From Vicinamibacteria bacterium (GTDB lineage: Bacteria > Acidobacteriota > Vicinamibacteria > Marinacidobacterales > Marinacidobacteraceae): DNA of 64,000 nt. The translations under genes were made by a program, and so were the position numbers. Shown here piece by piece: positions 1 to 9,236 of the stretch. The notes below the pieces were generated by a model. The model did no database searches. It was not told the DNA's origin and saw only the letters and a program-made list of their open reading frames with translations. The DNA is taken from positions 1,024,001-1,088,000 of the forward strand of contig OY821641.1 of the NCBI GenBank assembly GCA_963555995.3. The letters run 5' to 3'. Position 1 is the stretch's first letter. Each line of letters opens with the position of its first letter.

Positions 1-617
1 AAGATGCCCACGATGTGCTCGGTACGTGGCGCATCGTTTCCGACGAACAGGAAATGCGTCGGACGCCGAACAACCGGCGCGCACTCGAGGCTCTGCTCAA
101 GACACGGCACGCGGCCGTCATGGCGGGCCGTCCGGACCGGGAACCCGGCCGGTTCAAGCAGATTCCGAACCGCGCCGGGCAGACAGTCTTCGTGGCGCCG
201 GACCTCGTTCACGGCACCCTGGAGAAGGGCTTCGATCTTGCCCGCAGCCTCGAAACGCCGTTTCAGCGGGCCGTTTTCCTGCACTTCCTCGTTTCCGAGG
301 TCCACCCCTTCGCCGACGGGAACGGTCGGATAGCGCGCATCATGATGAACACCGAACTCGTCGCCGGAGGCGAGGAACGGATTGTCATTCCGACGATCTA
401 TCGGGACAACTACCTGGCCGCGCTCAGGGCGCTCTCCCAGAACGGCATCTGCGAACCGCTGATCCGCATGCTGGACTACGCCCAGCGCTGGACGGCGGTG
501 GTGGACTGGCGGTCGGTCGCCGAAACCGAGCGCGAACTGCGCGCCCTGAATGCGTTCGTTGACTCGCGGGCCGCTGACGATGACGGACGTCGACTGCGGA
601 TGCCGGGCAGCGGATAG
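1..617 (+). CDS. Fic-domain protein (probably 5'-truncated by the window edge)
   Basis: Canonical Fic motif HPFADGNGRIAR in ORF 15..617. Confidence 0.9.
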   Translation, partial: DAHDVLGTWRIVSDEQEMRRTPNNRRALEALLKTRHAAVMAGRPDREPGRFKQIPNRAGQTVFVAPDLVHGTLEKGFDLARSLETPFQRAVFLHFLVSEVHPFADGNGRIARIMMNTELVAGGEERIVIPTIYRDNYLAALRALSQNGICEPLIRMLDYAQRWTAVVDWRSVAETERELRALNAFVDSRAADDDGRRLRMPGSG

Positions 618-620
618 GGC

Positions 621-1967
621 TCAGTCCGCTACCACCGGCAGCTTCGGGAACGTCTGCCACCCGCCGCGCGTGAAGTCCGGGAAATCCATCGGCCGGCTGC
701 GGTCCGCCACCGAGCGCTCGCTGAGGTCGGTGACCGCGGAGAGCGCCGCCGCGTCATAGACGTTCGTCTCGGTCGGCAGCCCCTCCTGGAGGCAGCGGAT
801 CAGCCGGTAGTCCTCGAGGTAGTCCATCCGCCCGTGCCCGAGCTCCTCGCCGGGGCTCGCGACATTGCGCCACAGCGGATGCGCGTACTCCTCGTACCAG
901 GTCTCGGCGTCGTCCCAGCGGTGCGACTCGCTTCGGCCCTCCACGTACACCCGGTTCGGATAGCCCTGGAAGATGCCCCGCGTCCCCTGGACCAGGTTGA
1001 TGCGGCTGTAGGGACGCGGGAGGTTCGTGTCGTGGACCACGGTGATCGTGCGGCCGAGCGCCGTCTTGATCAGGCTCAGGTTCACGTCGCCGAGCGTGAA
1101 CTTCTCGGCCCGCTGGGGCGCGCCCTCGGGGAAGTGTTCCCGGGCGTAGTCCTGAAGGCCGCGCGAGGGCCCGCTCATCGAGACCAGGTAGTCGAAGCGG
1201 TCTCCGCGGCCGATGTCCATGCAGTTCGCCACCGGGCCGAGCCCGTGCGTTGGGTAGAGGTTGGCATTCCGCACCCGTGAGTGCGCCCGTCGCCAGAGCC
1301 CCTCGCCACGGTTCGCGAACTTCACCTCGCGGAGGTCGTGGAGGTAGCCGCCCTCGGCGTGGAGGACCTCGCCGAAGACCCCCAGCCGGACCAGGTGGAA
1401 GACCATCATTTCCCAGCGGCCGTAGTTGCAGTTCTCCATCATCACGCAGTGCCGGCCGGTCCGCTCCGCGGTCTCGACGAGTTCCCAGCACTCGTCAATG
1501 GTGGTCGCCGCCGGCACCTCGGTGGCGGCGTGCTTGCCGTTCTCCATCGCCGCAACGCATACCGGGACGTGAAAGCGCCAGGGCGTGGCGGTGAAGACGA
1601 GGTCGAGTTCTTCCTCGGCGCACATCCGCTCGTAGTCCCGTTCTCCCCTGGTGTAGAGCGTCGGGTCAGGTCCCCCCGCCTCCCGGATGAAGTCCCGCGC
1701 CCGCTCGGCGTTCTCGGGCCGAATGTCGCAGACGGCCCGGATCTCGACTCCCGGCGACGCCTGGTGCACCGCCAGCAGGTTACGGACGTGGACCGTCCCC
1801 ATGCCGCCGACGCCCACGAAGCCGATGCGGACGTTCGGGATCTTCGGCGCGGCCAGCAGGTTCGCCGGGGCCGTCTGGACCCCCGCGAGGGCGGGGCCGG
1901 CGGCCGCCGCGCCCGCTCCGGCCGCCAGGAGTTGCCTTCGGGTCAGTCCGGATCGCTTCTCGGTCAT
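621..1967 (-). CDS. Tat-exported Gfo/Idh/MocA oxidoreductase, GH109 (alpha-N-acetylgalactosaminidase-like)
   Basis: Start MTEKRSGLTRRQLL (Tat motif) at ATG 1967; GVGGMG Rossmann motif, ATEVPAA, MMENCNY, YPTHGLGP. Confidence 0.85.
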   Translation of the reverse strand: MTEKRSGLTRRQLLAAGAGAAAAGPALAGVQTAPANLLAAPKIPNVRIGFVGVGGMGTVHVRNLLAVHQASPGVEIRAVCDIRPENAERARDFIREAGGPDPTLYTRGERDYERMCAEEELDLVFTATPWRFHVPVCVAAMENGKHAATEVPAATTIDECWELVETAERTGRHCVMMENCNYGRWEMMVFHLVRLGVFGEVLHAEGGYLHDLREVKFANRGEGLWRRAHSRVRNANLYPTHGLGPVANCMDIGRGDRFDYLVSMSGPSRGLQDYAREHFPEGAPQRAEKFTLGDVNLSLIKTALGRTITVVHDTNLPRPYSRINLVQGTRGIFQGYPNRVYVEGRSESHRWDDAETWYEEYAHPLWRNVASPGEELGHGRMDYLEDYRLIRCLQEGLPTETNVYDAAALSAVTDLSERSVADRSRPMDFPDFTRGGWQTFPKLPVVAD

Positions 1968-2647
1968 GGTGTTGCCTCCTGACGGGGGACCGGATCCCAG
2001 AAGGAACCCGTCAGTCCCACCCCGGCGAAGATAGCGCGGGCCTCCCCGGGAGTGCGGCGGGGCGCCTCCGGGTCGAGCCGGTTCCCGTACCAGCCCCGCG
2101 AGAGGCGCCAGAGCTGCGGCACCGGCACCGCCGGCCCCGGTTTGACCCCCCGATCCCGGCACCAGGCCCCCAGATCGTCTTCCGACCGGAAGAACAGCAT
2201 GTTCGCTCAGGTGAAGACGATGTCGTCCCACCAGCGCACCGCGGGCACCAGCGAGTGGAAGAGCCAGTCGCTCGGTTCCGGGCCGTTCTCCGTGACTTTG
2301 AGCCGCAACGGTTCTTCCGAGTTCGCGCAGTGCGACCGGACCGTCCCGCCCCGTCCGAGTGCGGCCGGGATGCCGAGGGCGTCCCACGCGCAGTTCGCGT
2401 AATAGTGGACTCCTGCCGACTCGAAGGTGTGGTCGGTGGGCACCCCGGAGAACGGGTTCGCCATCCGGATGGAGACCCCGTCCTCGCCGGTCACGATCGC
2501 CCGGCCCTCGCGGAGACGCACCCAGGTCCGTTGGACGGAAGGGACATCCACTCCCAGCCGTTCAGCCACGGTGGCGGGCGTGGGAGCGATGCCGGTTTCC
2601 GCGAAGAACTCCAGGATCGCGGTCCTTGTCTGCGTCTCCAGCGGCAC
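1964..2647 (-). CDS. merB: MerB-like organomercurial (alkylmercury) lyase, probable selenoprotein (UGA at 2209-2207 read as Sec147)
   Basis: GAGGAG RBS before GTG 2647; wHTH-like N-terminus; MANPFS and ANCAWDA (Cys/Asp catalytic pair); WWDDIVFT-UGA-ANMLFFRSE joins ORFs 2207..2827 and 1964..2200 in one frame; SECIS-like hairpin follows. Confidence 0.8.
2178..2193 (-). promoter_or_regulatory. Bacterial SECIS-like hairpin
   Basis: mRNA UCUUCC-GGUC-GGAAGA starting 13 nt after the in-frame UGA. Confidence 0.7.
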
Positions 2648-2658
2648 GCCGCTTCTCC

Positions 2659-2988
2659 TCAGAGCCGGCGGGCGTAGAGGAAGGACGCGACGAGACCTCC
2701 TCCGAGCGGAACCAGGTTGCCGGCCACGAGCCACGGCTCCAAACGGTCCGGCGTCCATTCCGGAAAGGCCGACGACAGCGCCAGGTTGAAGGCAAACGAC
2801 ACGGCGGCGGCGGCGATCATGAACCAACCCGCCGCCCGATTGGCCGCGTACCAGACCTCTGGAGAGGAAAGGGTCTCCGACGTCCGGAAACCGTAAATCC
2901 GGTTGGGAGGGACCATGCCCAGGGCCATCGGGGCGGACGCCGCCAAGACGATCAACGGAATGCCGTAGATGACCAGATCTTGTTCCAC
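2659..2988 (-). CDS. SdpI/YhfL family small membrane protein
   Basis: PPNRIYGFRT...VWYAANRAAG motif, three TM segments; GTG 2988 after GGAGG. Confidence 0.75.
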   Translation of the reverse strand: MEQDLVIYGIPLIVLAASAPMALGMVPPNRIYGFRTSETLSSPEVWYAANRAAGWFMIAAAAVSFAFNLALSSAFPEWTPDRLEPWLVAGNLVPLGGGLVASFLYARRL

Positions 2989-3008
2989 ATTGTCCTCCCG
3001 GCTTCCCC

Positions 3009-4949
3009 TCAGTCCGCGGCGAGGACTTCGGCGACCGCCCGGTGGGCCTCGCGGATGGCCGCGTCCGAGTGCGGGCTCGCCGCCGCGTCGGCGCCGGCGA
3101 TGGCGATGCGCCCGAACGGCTGCCGCGCGGCGACCACCGGACGGTCGTCGCCGGCCTCGAAGGACCACTCCGGGGGGTCGAAGAGGGGGTTGTACGAATA
3201 CGTGTAACCGTGGGGCCAGCGGTTCGCGGTGATCGCCGCGATGTCGCGGTCGGGATCGAACCCGAACCCGCCCAGCATCCGCACGAGCTGGTCGCGGAGC
3301 TGCGCCTCCACCATCTCGAAGGTGGCGTGCAGCAGCTCCATCCGTCCGATCCGGTGCTGCTCCCGGCGGGAGAGGCCCGCTTCGCCGGGATACCGGTTCA
3401 TCCGCAGCACGAGCGGTTCGTCCGGGGAGGTCGAGGTGCGGTACTCGCCGAGCGCGAGCGGCGGGGCGAGCGCGACCGTGGTGCAGTAGCTGGCGGGCGC
3501 CGCGATCTGGGAGATCCCGGCGGCGACGAAGGGCCGCCAGTTGCGGAGCAGCACGCTCGTGTACTGGAGCGGGGACTTCACCGGCCAGGCGAGCGCTTCC
3601 CGCTGGGCTTCCGGGAGCGCGGGGACGAGGTAGGGGATGATGTTGTGCCAGCAGGCGAGGACGACCCGCCCGGCGGTCACCGTCTTCGCGGCGTCGTCCC
3701 GGACGTAGGTGACCCGCGCCGGCGCGGCGCCGTTCGGTTCCACGCCGATCACGGTCGAGGAGAGCCGGATGCGGGTCGTGGCGTCGGCTACGTCGAGCCG
3801 CCGGTAGTCCACCGGCGCGAGGATGACGTCCTCGAAGCTGTTGCCGGGGACCGCGTGCGGGAGCAGCGAGCGGACCAGCAGCCGGGTGATCGTGGCGTTG
3901 CCATCCGGGAAGTAGAGGTCCGGCAGTCCCTCTTCGGCCCGCGCCTGGTTCTCCCGGCCGTGCTGGCCGCCGGGCTCGTCGGCGAGCGCGTCGCGCGGCG
4001 TCTCCGGAATCTCCATGCCGGAAAAGCCGGGCCAGCCCTCCTCCCAGCAGTAGCGCGCCGGGACCGCGTCAATCCCGGTGCAGAAGATGCTCCGGTGGCG
4101 ATGGTCGAAGAACCAGAGCGCCTTCGCGTCGCACGCGACGTGCTTCGTGAGGAAGTCGGCGTAGCTGATGGTGGCCAGGTAGTCCTTCTTCTCCTGCGGG
4201 CCGAGGTGCTGCAGGTAGTCGGGCTGCGGTTCGGCGTGGAGGCGCAGCAGGTCCTCCCGCGCCGCCGCCGGCATCGGCGACTCGCCGAGGAAATCGCCGA
4301 GGTCGCGCCCGCGCGGGCCGCGCACCAGCCGGTCCTCCCCGAACGTCTCGCGGTCGAAGAACATCCCGCTCCCCATTCCGAGGTTCTGGTAGGTGCGGCC
4401 CACCTCGCGGAGGCTTTCGACGTAGCCGGCGGCGTCGATCCCGAGGTCGCGGAGCAGCCCGCCGGCGATTGCGCCGTACTGGGAGGGCGCCTCCACGTTC
4501 AGGGTGCCGCCGTTCATCAGGTAGGTCCGGCCGTCGAGGCGGAACTCGTTGCGCTTGGCGTGGCCGCCGAAGTCGTCGTGGTTGTCGAGGACGAGGATGC
4601 GCGCCGCCGGCCCCGCTTCGCGCCGGAAGTAGTAGGCCGCCGCGAGCCCGGAGATCCCGGCGCCCACCACCACCAGGTCGTACGCCTCCCCGCTGTCCTC
4701 CGCTTCCCAGCTCCGTCCCTCGTGGGCGAAGGCGTGGGCGGTCTCGAACGAGCCGGGATGCGAACCGCGCATCCCGGTGCGGAGCGGCGGATACGGGGCC
4801 GTCCCCTCGCGCTCGATCTCGGCGCGGAACTCCGGCACCTCGGTGCAGGCGAGCGCCGCCCCGGTGAGGGCCACCGGCACGCCGGAAAGGAAATCGCGGC
4901 GGCTGACGCCGTCTCCGAAGGGTCGCTGCGTCGTTCTTCGTGAGGTCAT
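3009..4949 (-). CDS. spdH: Spermidine dehydrogenase-like FAD oxidoreductase, Tat-exported
   Basis: SRRDFL Tat motif; YPPLRTGMRGSHPGSFETAH; GAGISG; DNHDDFGGHAKRNEF; NRWPHGY. Confidence 0.75.
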   Translation of the reverse strand: MTSRRTTQRPFGDGVSRRDFLSGVPVALTGAALACTEVPEFRAEIEREGTAPYPPLRTGMRGSHPGSFETAHAFAHEGRSWEAEDSGEAYDLVVVGAGISGLAAAYYFRREAGPAARILVLDNHDDFGGHAKRNEFRLDGRTYLMNGGTLNVEAPSQYGAIAGGLLRDLGIDAAGYVESLREVGRTYQNLGMGSGMFFDRETFGEDRLVRGPRGRDLGDFLGESPMPAAAREDLLRLHAEPQPDYLQHLGPQEKKDYLATISYADFLTKHVACDAKALWFFDHRHRSIFCTGIDAVPARYCWEEGWPGFSGMEIPETPRDALADEPGGQHGRENQARAEEGLPDLYFPDGNATITRLLVRSLLPHAVPGNSFEDVILAPVDYRRLDVADATTRIRLSSTVIGVEPNGAAPARVTYVRDDAAKTVTAGRVVLACWHNIIPYLVPALPEAQREALAWPVKSPLQYTSVLLRNWRPFVAAGISQIAAPASYCTTVALAPPLALGEYRTSTSPDEPLVLRMNRYPGEAGLSRREQHRIGRMELLHATFEMVEAQLRDQLVRMLGGFGFDPDRDIAAITANRWPHGYTYSYNPLFDPPEWSFEAGDDRPVVAARQPFGRIAIAGADAAASPHSDAAIREAHRAVAEVLAAD

Positions 4950-5094
4950 GGTCGGGCCTCCGGGGAGAGCGGGGGGTGCGTCCTTCGCGGGGTAGGATCG
5001 GGAGCGCCCGCGCCCGGCGGAAGGGACGGTCCCGCTTGTACCACATTCGCTTCCGCCCGGACGGTTTGCCGCCCTGCGTCGGGTCCGCCAGCCG

Positions 5095-5493
5095 ATGTCC
5101 CGCTTCTCCCCGTACCCCCTCCCGCTTCCGGGGACCGAGGGCAAATTCGAGCGGGTGCACGCCGTCGTCCGGCGGGTCCCGTCGGGCCGGGTGACCACCT
5201 ACGGCCGGGTGGCGCGGGCAGTCACCGCCGCCGGGTATCCGCTCTCGGCGCGGGCGGCCGGTTGGGCGCTCCGGAACTCCCCGGCGGGCGTTCCCTGGCA
5301 CCGGGTGGTGAACGCCGAGGGCGCCCTGTCGGCCGAACTGAGCGGGAACTGCGAGCCCGGCCGGCAGCGGGCGCTCCTCGCGCGGGAAGGCGTGCCGTTC
5401 GACGACCGGGGGCGAGTTCGCCTCGATCGGTGCGTCTTCGAGCCGTCGGACAGCGAGGCGTTCTTCTTCCCGGACGGGGAACCCCCGCCGTGA
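5095..5493 (+). CDS. Alkyltransferase-like protein (ATL/YbaZ, MGMT family)
   Basis: VTTYGRVA and PWHRVV (Trp replaces the catalytic Cys). Confidence 0.85.
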   Translation: MSRFSPYPLPLPGTEGKFERVHAVVRRVPSGRVTTYGRVARAVTAAGYPLSARAAGWALRNSPAGVPWHRVVNAEGALSAELSGNCEPGRQRALLAREGVPFDDRGRVRLDRCVFEPSDSEAFFFPDGEPPP

Positions 5494-5536
5494 CGCGCGG
5501 GCGCGCGCCGGCGGTGGGACGGCAGGACGGGACCTC

Positions 5537-6298
5537 GTGTACCGCGGGCTGAGCGTTGCCGCCGTCGTCCCCGCGCGGGACGAGGAGCGCAACATCGGTC
5601 CCGTGGTGCGGGACCTGCTTCAACTCACCGACCCGGCGGGCCGGCCCGTGATTGACGAGTTCGTGGTGTGCGACAACGGCTCGGGCGACGAAACCGCCCT
5701 CCGCGCCGAGGAAGCCGGGGCGCGGGTCGTTCGTCAGGATCGGCCCGGCTACGGAATCGCCTGCCGAACCGCCCTGGCGTCGCTCGGACCGGTGGACGTG
5801 GTGCTCTTCACCGATGGGGACGGGTCGTTCGTCGCGGCGCAGGGCGAGCGCCTGCTCGCGGCGGTCGCCGGGGGAGCGGACCTCGCCATCGGATCCCGGG
5901 TGCTGGGCCGCGCCGAGCCCGGGGCGCTCTCCTGGCCGCAGGCGGTGGGGAACCGGGTGGCGTCGCTGCTGATCCGCCTGCTGTGGCGGCGGCGGGTCAG
6001 CGACCTCGGCCCTTACCGGGCGGTCCGGTCCGGCGCGCTGCGCCGCATCGCGATGGAGGATCGGGCCTACGGGTGGACCGTCGAGATGCAGATCAAGGCG
6101 ATCCAGCACGGTCTCAGGATCGTCGAGGTGCCGGTGGACACGCGAAGGCGGCGGTACGGCCGGTCCAAGGTGGGAGGCACGATCCGCGGAGTCGCGGGGG
6201 CGAGCGCCGGCATCCTGCGAAAGATCGCTAGGCTATTCGTCGAGCAGCAAATCCACTCCCTCCGGGTCGGCCGGAGAAAGGAGGCAGGTCGCTCATGA
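5537..6298 (+). CDS. Glycosyltransferase family 2
   Basis: VVPARDEE, DNGSGD, FTDGDGS, YGWTVEMQIKA. Confidence 0.85.
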   Translation: MYRGLSVAAVVPARDEERNIGPVVRDLLQLTDPAGRPVIDEFVVCDNGSGDETALRAEEAGARVVRQDRPGYGIACRTALASLGPVDVVLFTDGDGSFVAAQGERLLAAVAGGADLAIGSRVLGRAEPGALSWPQAVGNRVASLLIRLLWRRRVSDLGPYRAVRSGALRRIAMEDRAYGWTVEMQIKAIQHGLRIVEVPVDTRRRRYGRSKVGGTIRGVAGASAGILRKIARLFVEQQIHSLRVGRRKEAGRS

Positions 6299-7164
6299 AG
6301 AGCGAAGACTTGACCCGAAGCGGGCTTCGGCGCCCCATGCTGGCGGTCTTGACGGTCGTTGCGGCCGGGACCTGGCTCGGAGCCGGCAACTGTGCGACCG
6401 ACGGCCCGGGGCCGGTGGTTTCCTGGGCCGACCACGACAACGCGAACCCCGACACGATGGACCACGCCGCGTGGCAGGCGATCCTGGACGGCTACCTGCA
6501 CACCGGCGATCCCTCGGGCGTCCACCTGTTCGACTACGGCGGGCTCAAGGCGAACCCGGATGACCGGGCGCGCCTGCAGGGCTACCTCGCGCACCTCGAA
6601 ACCGTGGACCCGCGCCTCTACGCGCGCGACGAGGCGATGGCCTACTGGATCAACTTCTACAACGCGCTCACTGTCGAGACCGTGGTCGAGGCGCATCCGG
6701 TGGACTCGATCAAGAGCATCCACGAGGGCATCGTTCCCCTCTCGGGTCCGTGGGGCGACGAGCGGGCCACGGTTGCCGGCCAGCGACTCACGCTCGACAA
6801 CATGGAGCACGACATCCTGCGGGCGCTCTGGCGGGACCCCCGCATCCACTACGCGGTGAACTGCGCGAGCATCGGCTGCCCGAACCTCGCCCCCACGGTC
6901 TTCACCGCGGCGAATCTCGAGGAGTTGATGGAAGCCGCCGCGCGCGGCTACGTGAATCACCCGCGCGGGGTCACGCTCAGGGACGATTCCTCGGCGCTCG
7001 TCTCCAGCATCTATACGTGGTTCCAGGAGGACTTCGGGGGCAGCGAAGCCGGCGTCGTCGAGCACCTGCTCCGCTACGCGGAACCGGAACTCCGGGAGCG
7101 ATTGCAGGGGTTCAGCGGCGGTCTCGACTACGAATACGACTGGAGTCTGAACGACGTCCGGTAG
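6295..7164 (+). CDS. DUF547 domain exported protein
   Basis: AYWINFYNALT, DPRIHYAVNCASIGCPNL, YDWSLN. Confidence 0.85.
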   Translation: MKSEDLTRSGLRRPMLAVLTVVAAGTWLGAGNCATDGPGPVVSWADHDNANPDTMDHAAWQAILDGYLHTGDPSGVHLFDYGGLKANPDDRARLQGYLAHLETVDPRLYARDEAMAYWINFYNALTVETVVEAHPVDSIKSIHEGIVPLSGPWGDERATVAGQRLTLDNMEHDILRALWRDPRIHYAVNCASIGCPNLAPTVFTAANLEELMEAAARGYVNHPRGVTLRDDSSALVSSIYTWFQEDFGGSEAGVVEHLLRYAEPELRERLQGFSGGLDYEYDWSLNDVR

Positions 7165-7834
7165 CACGTCGCCGGCCCATCGCTGGGACGTTTCCCCGCG
7201 GGAGGCCGCCGCGATCCAGCGGGAACTCGCCAACGGCGTGGAGGCGAAGGCGCCGCCCGGATTCGCCCCGCGGATCGTGGCGGGGCTGGACGCCGCCTTC
7301 CCGAAGGGGGGCCGGGAGTGCGTGGCGGCGGCGGTGGCGTGGTCGGTGCGCGAGCGCCGGGTGGTCGAGGAGCGGGTCGTCCGCCGCCCGCTGACCTTCC
7401 CCTATGTTCCGGGCCTCCTCTCCTTCCGCGAGGCCCCGGCGGTGCTGGCGGCGCTCGCGGAACTGGAGACGCCGGTGGATGCCCTGCTCGCTGACGGCCA
7501 CGGGCTCGCGCACCCGCGGCGGTTCGGCCTGGCGTGCCACCTCGGCGTCCTGACCGGGATTCCGGCGATCGGCTGCGCGAAGAGCGTCCTGGTCGGCGAG
7601 CACCGGGAAATCGCTCTGCCGCGCGGCTCGCAGGGTCCGCTCGATCATCGCGGCGAGCGCGTCGGCACCGTCCTCCGTACCCGCGATCGCGTACGGCCGG
7701 TGTTCGTGAGCATCGGCCACCGGATGGACCTCGAGTCTGCGGTGGGACTCGTCCTCGCCTGCGCCATAGGATTTCGGCTCCCGGAACCGATCCGCCGCGC
7801 CGACCGGCTGGTGAGTCAGGCCCGGAAACTCTGA
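7151..7834 (+). CDS. nfi: Endonuclease V (start probably non-canonical ACG at 7151; first canonical GTG at 7238)
   Basis: GLDAAF, FPYVPGLLSFRE, DGHGLAHPRRFGLACHLG, PEPIRRAD; EndoV-like N-terminus HRWDVSPREAAAIQRELA in frame upstream of 7238. Confidence 0.85.
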   Translation, partial: TTSGSTSPAHRWDVSPREAAAIQRELANGVEAKAPPGFAPRIVAGLDAAFPKGGRECVAAAVAWSVRERRVVEERVVRRPLTFPYVPGLLSFREAPAVLAALAELETPVDALLADGHGLAHPRRFGLACHLGVLTGIPAIGCAKSVLVGEHREIALPRGSQGPLDHRGERVGTVLRTRDRVRPVFVSIGHRMDLESAVGLVLACAIGFRLPEPIRRADRLVSQARKL

Positions 7835-7856
7835 CCGCGGAGGCAGGAGGGATGCG

Positions 7857-9020
7857 ATGGTCCACGACGATCCGAGACAGTGGTTCGCCGCCATGGTGCT
7901 CCTGGCCGGATTGGGAGCGGCCTGCGGCGGCGGGGATTCGGCGCCTTCCGGCGAAGCGGCTCCCGTGGACCTGACGCCTCCGGCGCTCGAGGAGGCGGGC
8001 GCGGCCGCGTTCGCGGCGCTCGCCCTCGACTGCGTGACGAAGGAGTATCCGTACGGGCTGCGGGTGCGCCTCGAGAGCGCCGACGACCTCGGCCTGCCCG
8101 TGGACCTGACGCCGGTCTTCTACGGCTGCTACGACTGGCATTCGGCGGTGCACGGACACTGGCTGCTCGCCCGCCTGACCCGGGCGTTCCCCGGTGCGGA
8201 CTTCGCTTCCGGCGCCCGGGCGGCGCTCGATCAGAACCTGACCGAAGAGCGGGTCGCCGGCGAGCTGGATTTCGTCTCCAAGAAGGGCCGGCGCGGGTTC
8301 GAGCGTCCCTACGGCCTGGCCTGGCTGCTCCAGCTCGATGCCGAGCTGGCCGAATGGGCCGCCGCTCCGGTCTCCTCAGCCGACGACCGCGGCCGAGCGG
8401 CCCGCTGGCGCGAAACGCTCGCGCCCCTGGTCGAGAATGCCGTGGAGCGGCTCGGTGAGTTCCTGGAGAAGCTGGAACATCCGGTCCGGGTGGGCGAGCA
8501 CAAGCAGACGGCCTTCTCGGTGGGACTGATCCACGACTGGGCGGTATCCGTGGGCGACGAGGGAATGCAGGACCTCCTGGCCGCCCGGGCGCGGGTCTGG
8601 TACGGCGGAGACCGAGACTGCCCGGTGGGCTACGAACCGTCGGGTCAGGACTTCCTTTCGCCCTGTCTTGCCGAGGCCGACTTCATGCGGCGGGTGCTGC
8701 CGTCCGGCGAGTTCGCCGCCTGGCTCGACGGCTTCCTGCCCGGCCCTCTCTCAGCGACGCTGGAACCGGTGCACGTTCCCGCCGACGAGGAAGATGCCTT
8801 CGGTCATCTCCACGGCCTGCACCTGAGCCGCGCCTGGATGCTGCAGGGCATCGCCAGCGCGCTCCCCGAGGGCGATCCGCGCCAGGCGGCGATGGCCGCC
8901 CTCGCCAGCCGGAACGCCGAAGCCGGCTTCGCTGGCGTGGACCCCAACAACTACGTGGGCAGTCACTGGCTCGGCAGCTTCGCCACCTACCTGGCGACCC
9001 GCCGCGGGATCAGGGACTAG
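7857..9020 (+). CDS. DUF2891 family lipoprotein
   Basis: Lipobox LGAAC; FYGCYDWHSAVHGHW, FERPYGLAW, YVGSHWLGSFA. Confidence 0.85.
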   Translation: MVHDDPRQWFAAMVLLAGLGAACGGGDSAPSGEAAPVDLTPPALEEAGAAAFAALALDCVTKEYPYGLRVRLESADDLGLPVDLTPVFYGCYDWHSAVHGHWLLARLTRAFPGADFASGARAALDQNLTEERVAGELDFVSKKGRRGFERPYGLAWLLQLDAELAEWAAAPVSSADDRGRAARWRETLAPLVENAVERLGEFLEKLEHPVRVGEHKQTAFSVGLIHDWAVSVGDEGMQDLLAARARVWYGGDRDCPVGYEPSGQDFLSPCLAEADFMRRVLPSGEFAAWLDGFLPGPLSATLEPVHVPADEEDAFGHLHGLHLSRAWMLQGIASALPEGDPRQAAMAALASRNAEAGFAGVDPNNYVGSHWLGSFATYLATRRGIRD

Positions 9021-9035
9021 CGGCGGGGACGGCCT

Positions 9036-9165
9036 GGAGCGCCGGCTTCAGCCGGCACCCGCTGCACGGAGCGCCGCGTGGCCGCGGTACCGCTGCTCCC
9101 CCGCATAGCACCCACGGCTTGGAACGCCGGTCTCCAGACCGGCACGCGCGGCGCTCCGCGCCGAG
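9036..9165. repeat. REP-like palindrome pair
   Basis: GGAGCGCCGGCTTCAGCCGGC at 9036 and GGAACGCCGGTCTCCAGACCGGC at 9121, between convergent genes. Confidence 0.8.
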
Positions 9166-9236
9166 CATGTCGCAACTCCATCAACCCCTACAGCATCCAC
9201 AGCTTGGAATCCTGACCCCCCTTGGAGTTCGGACGT

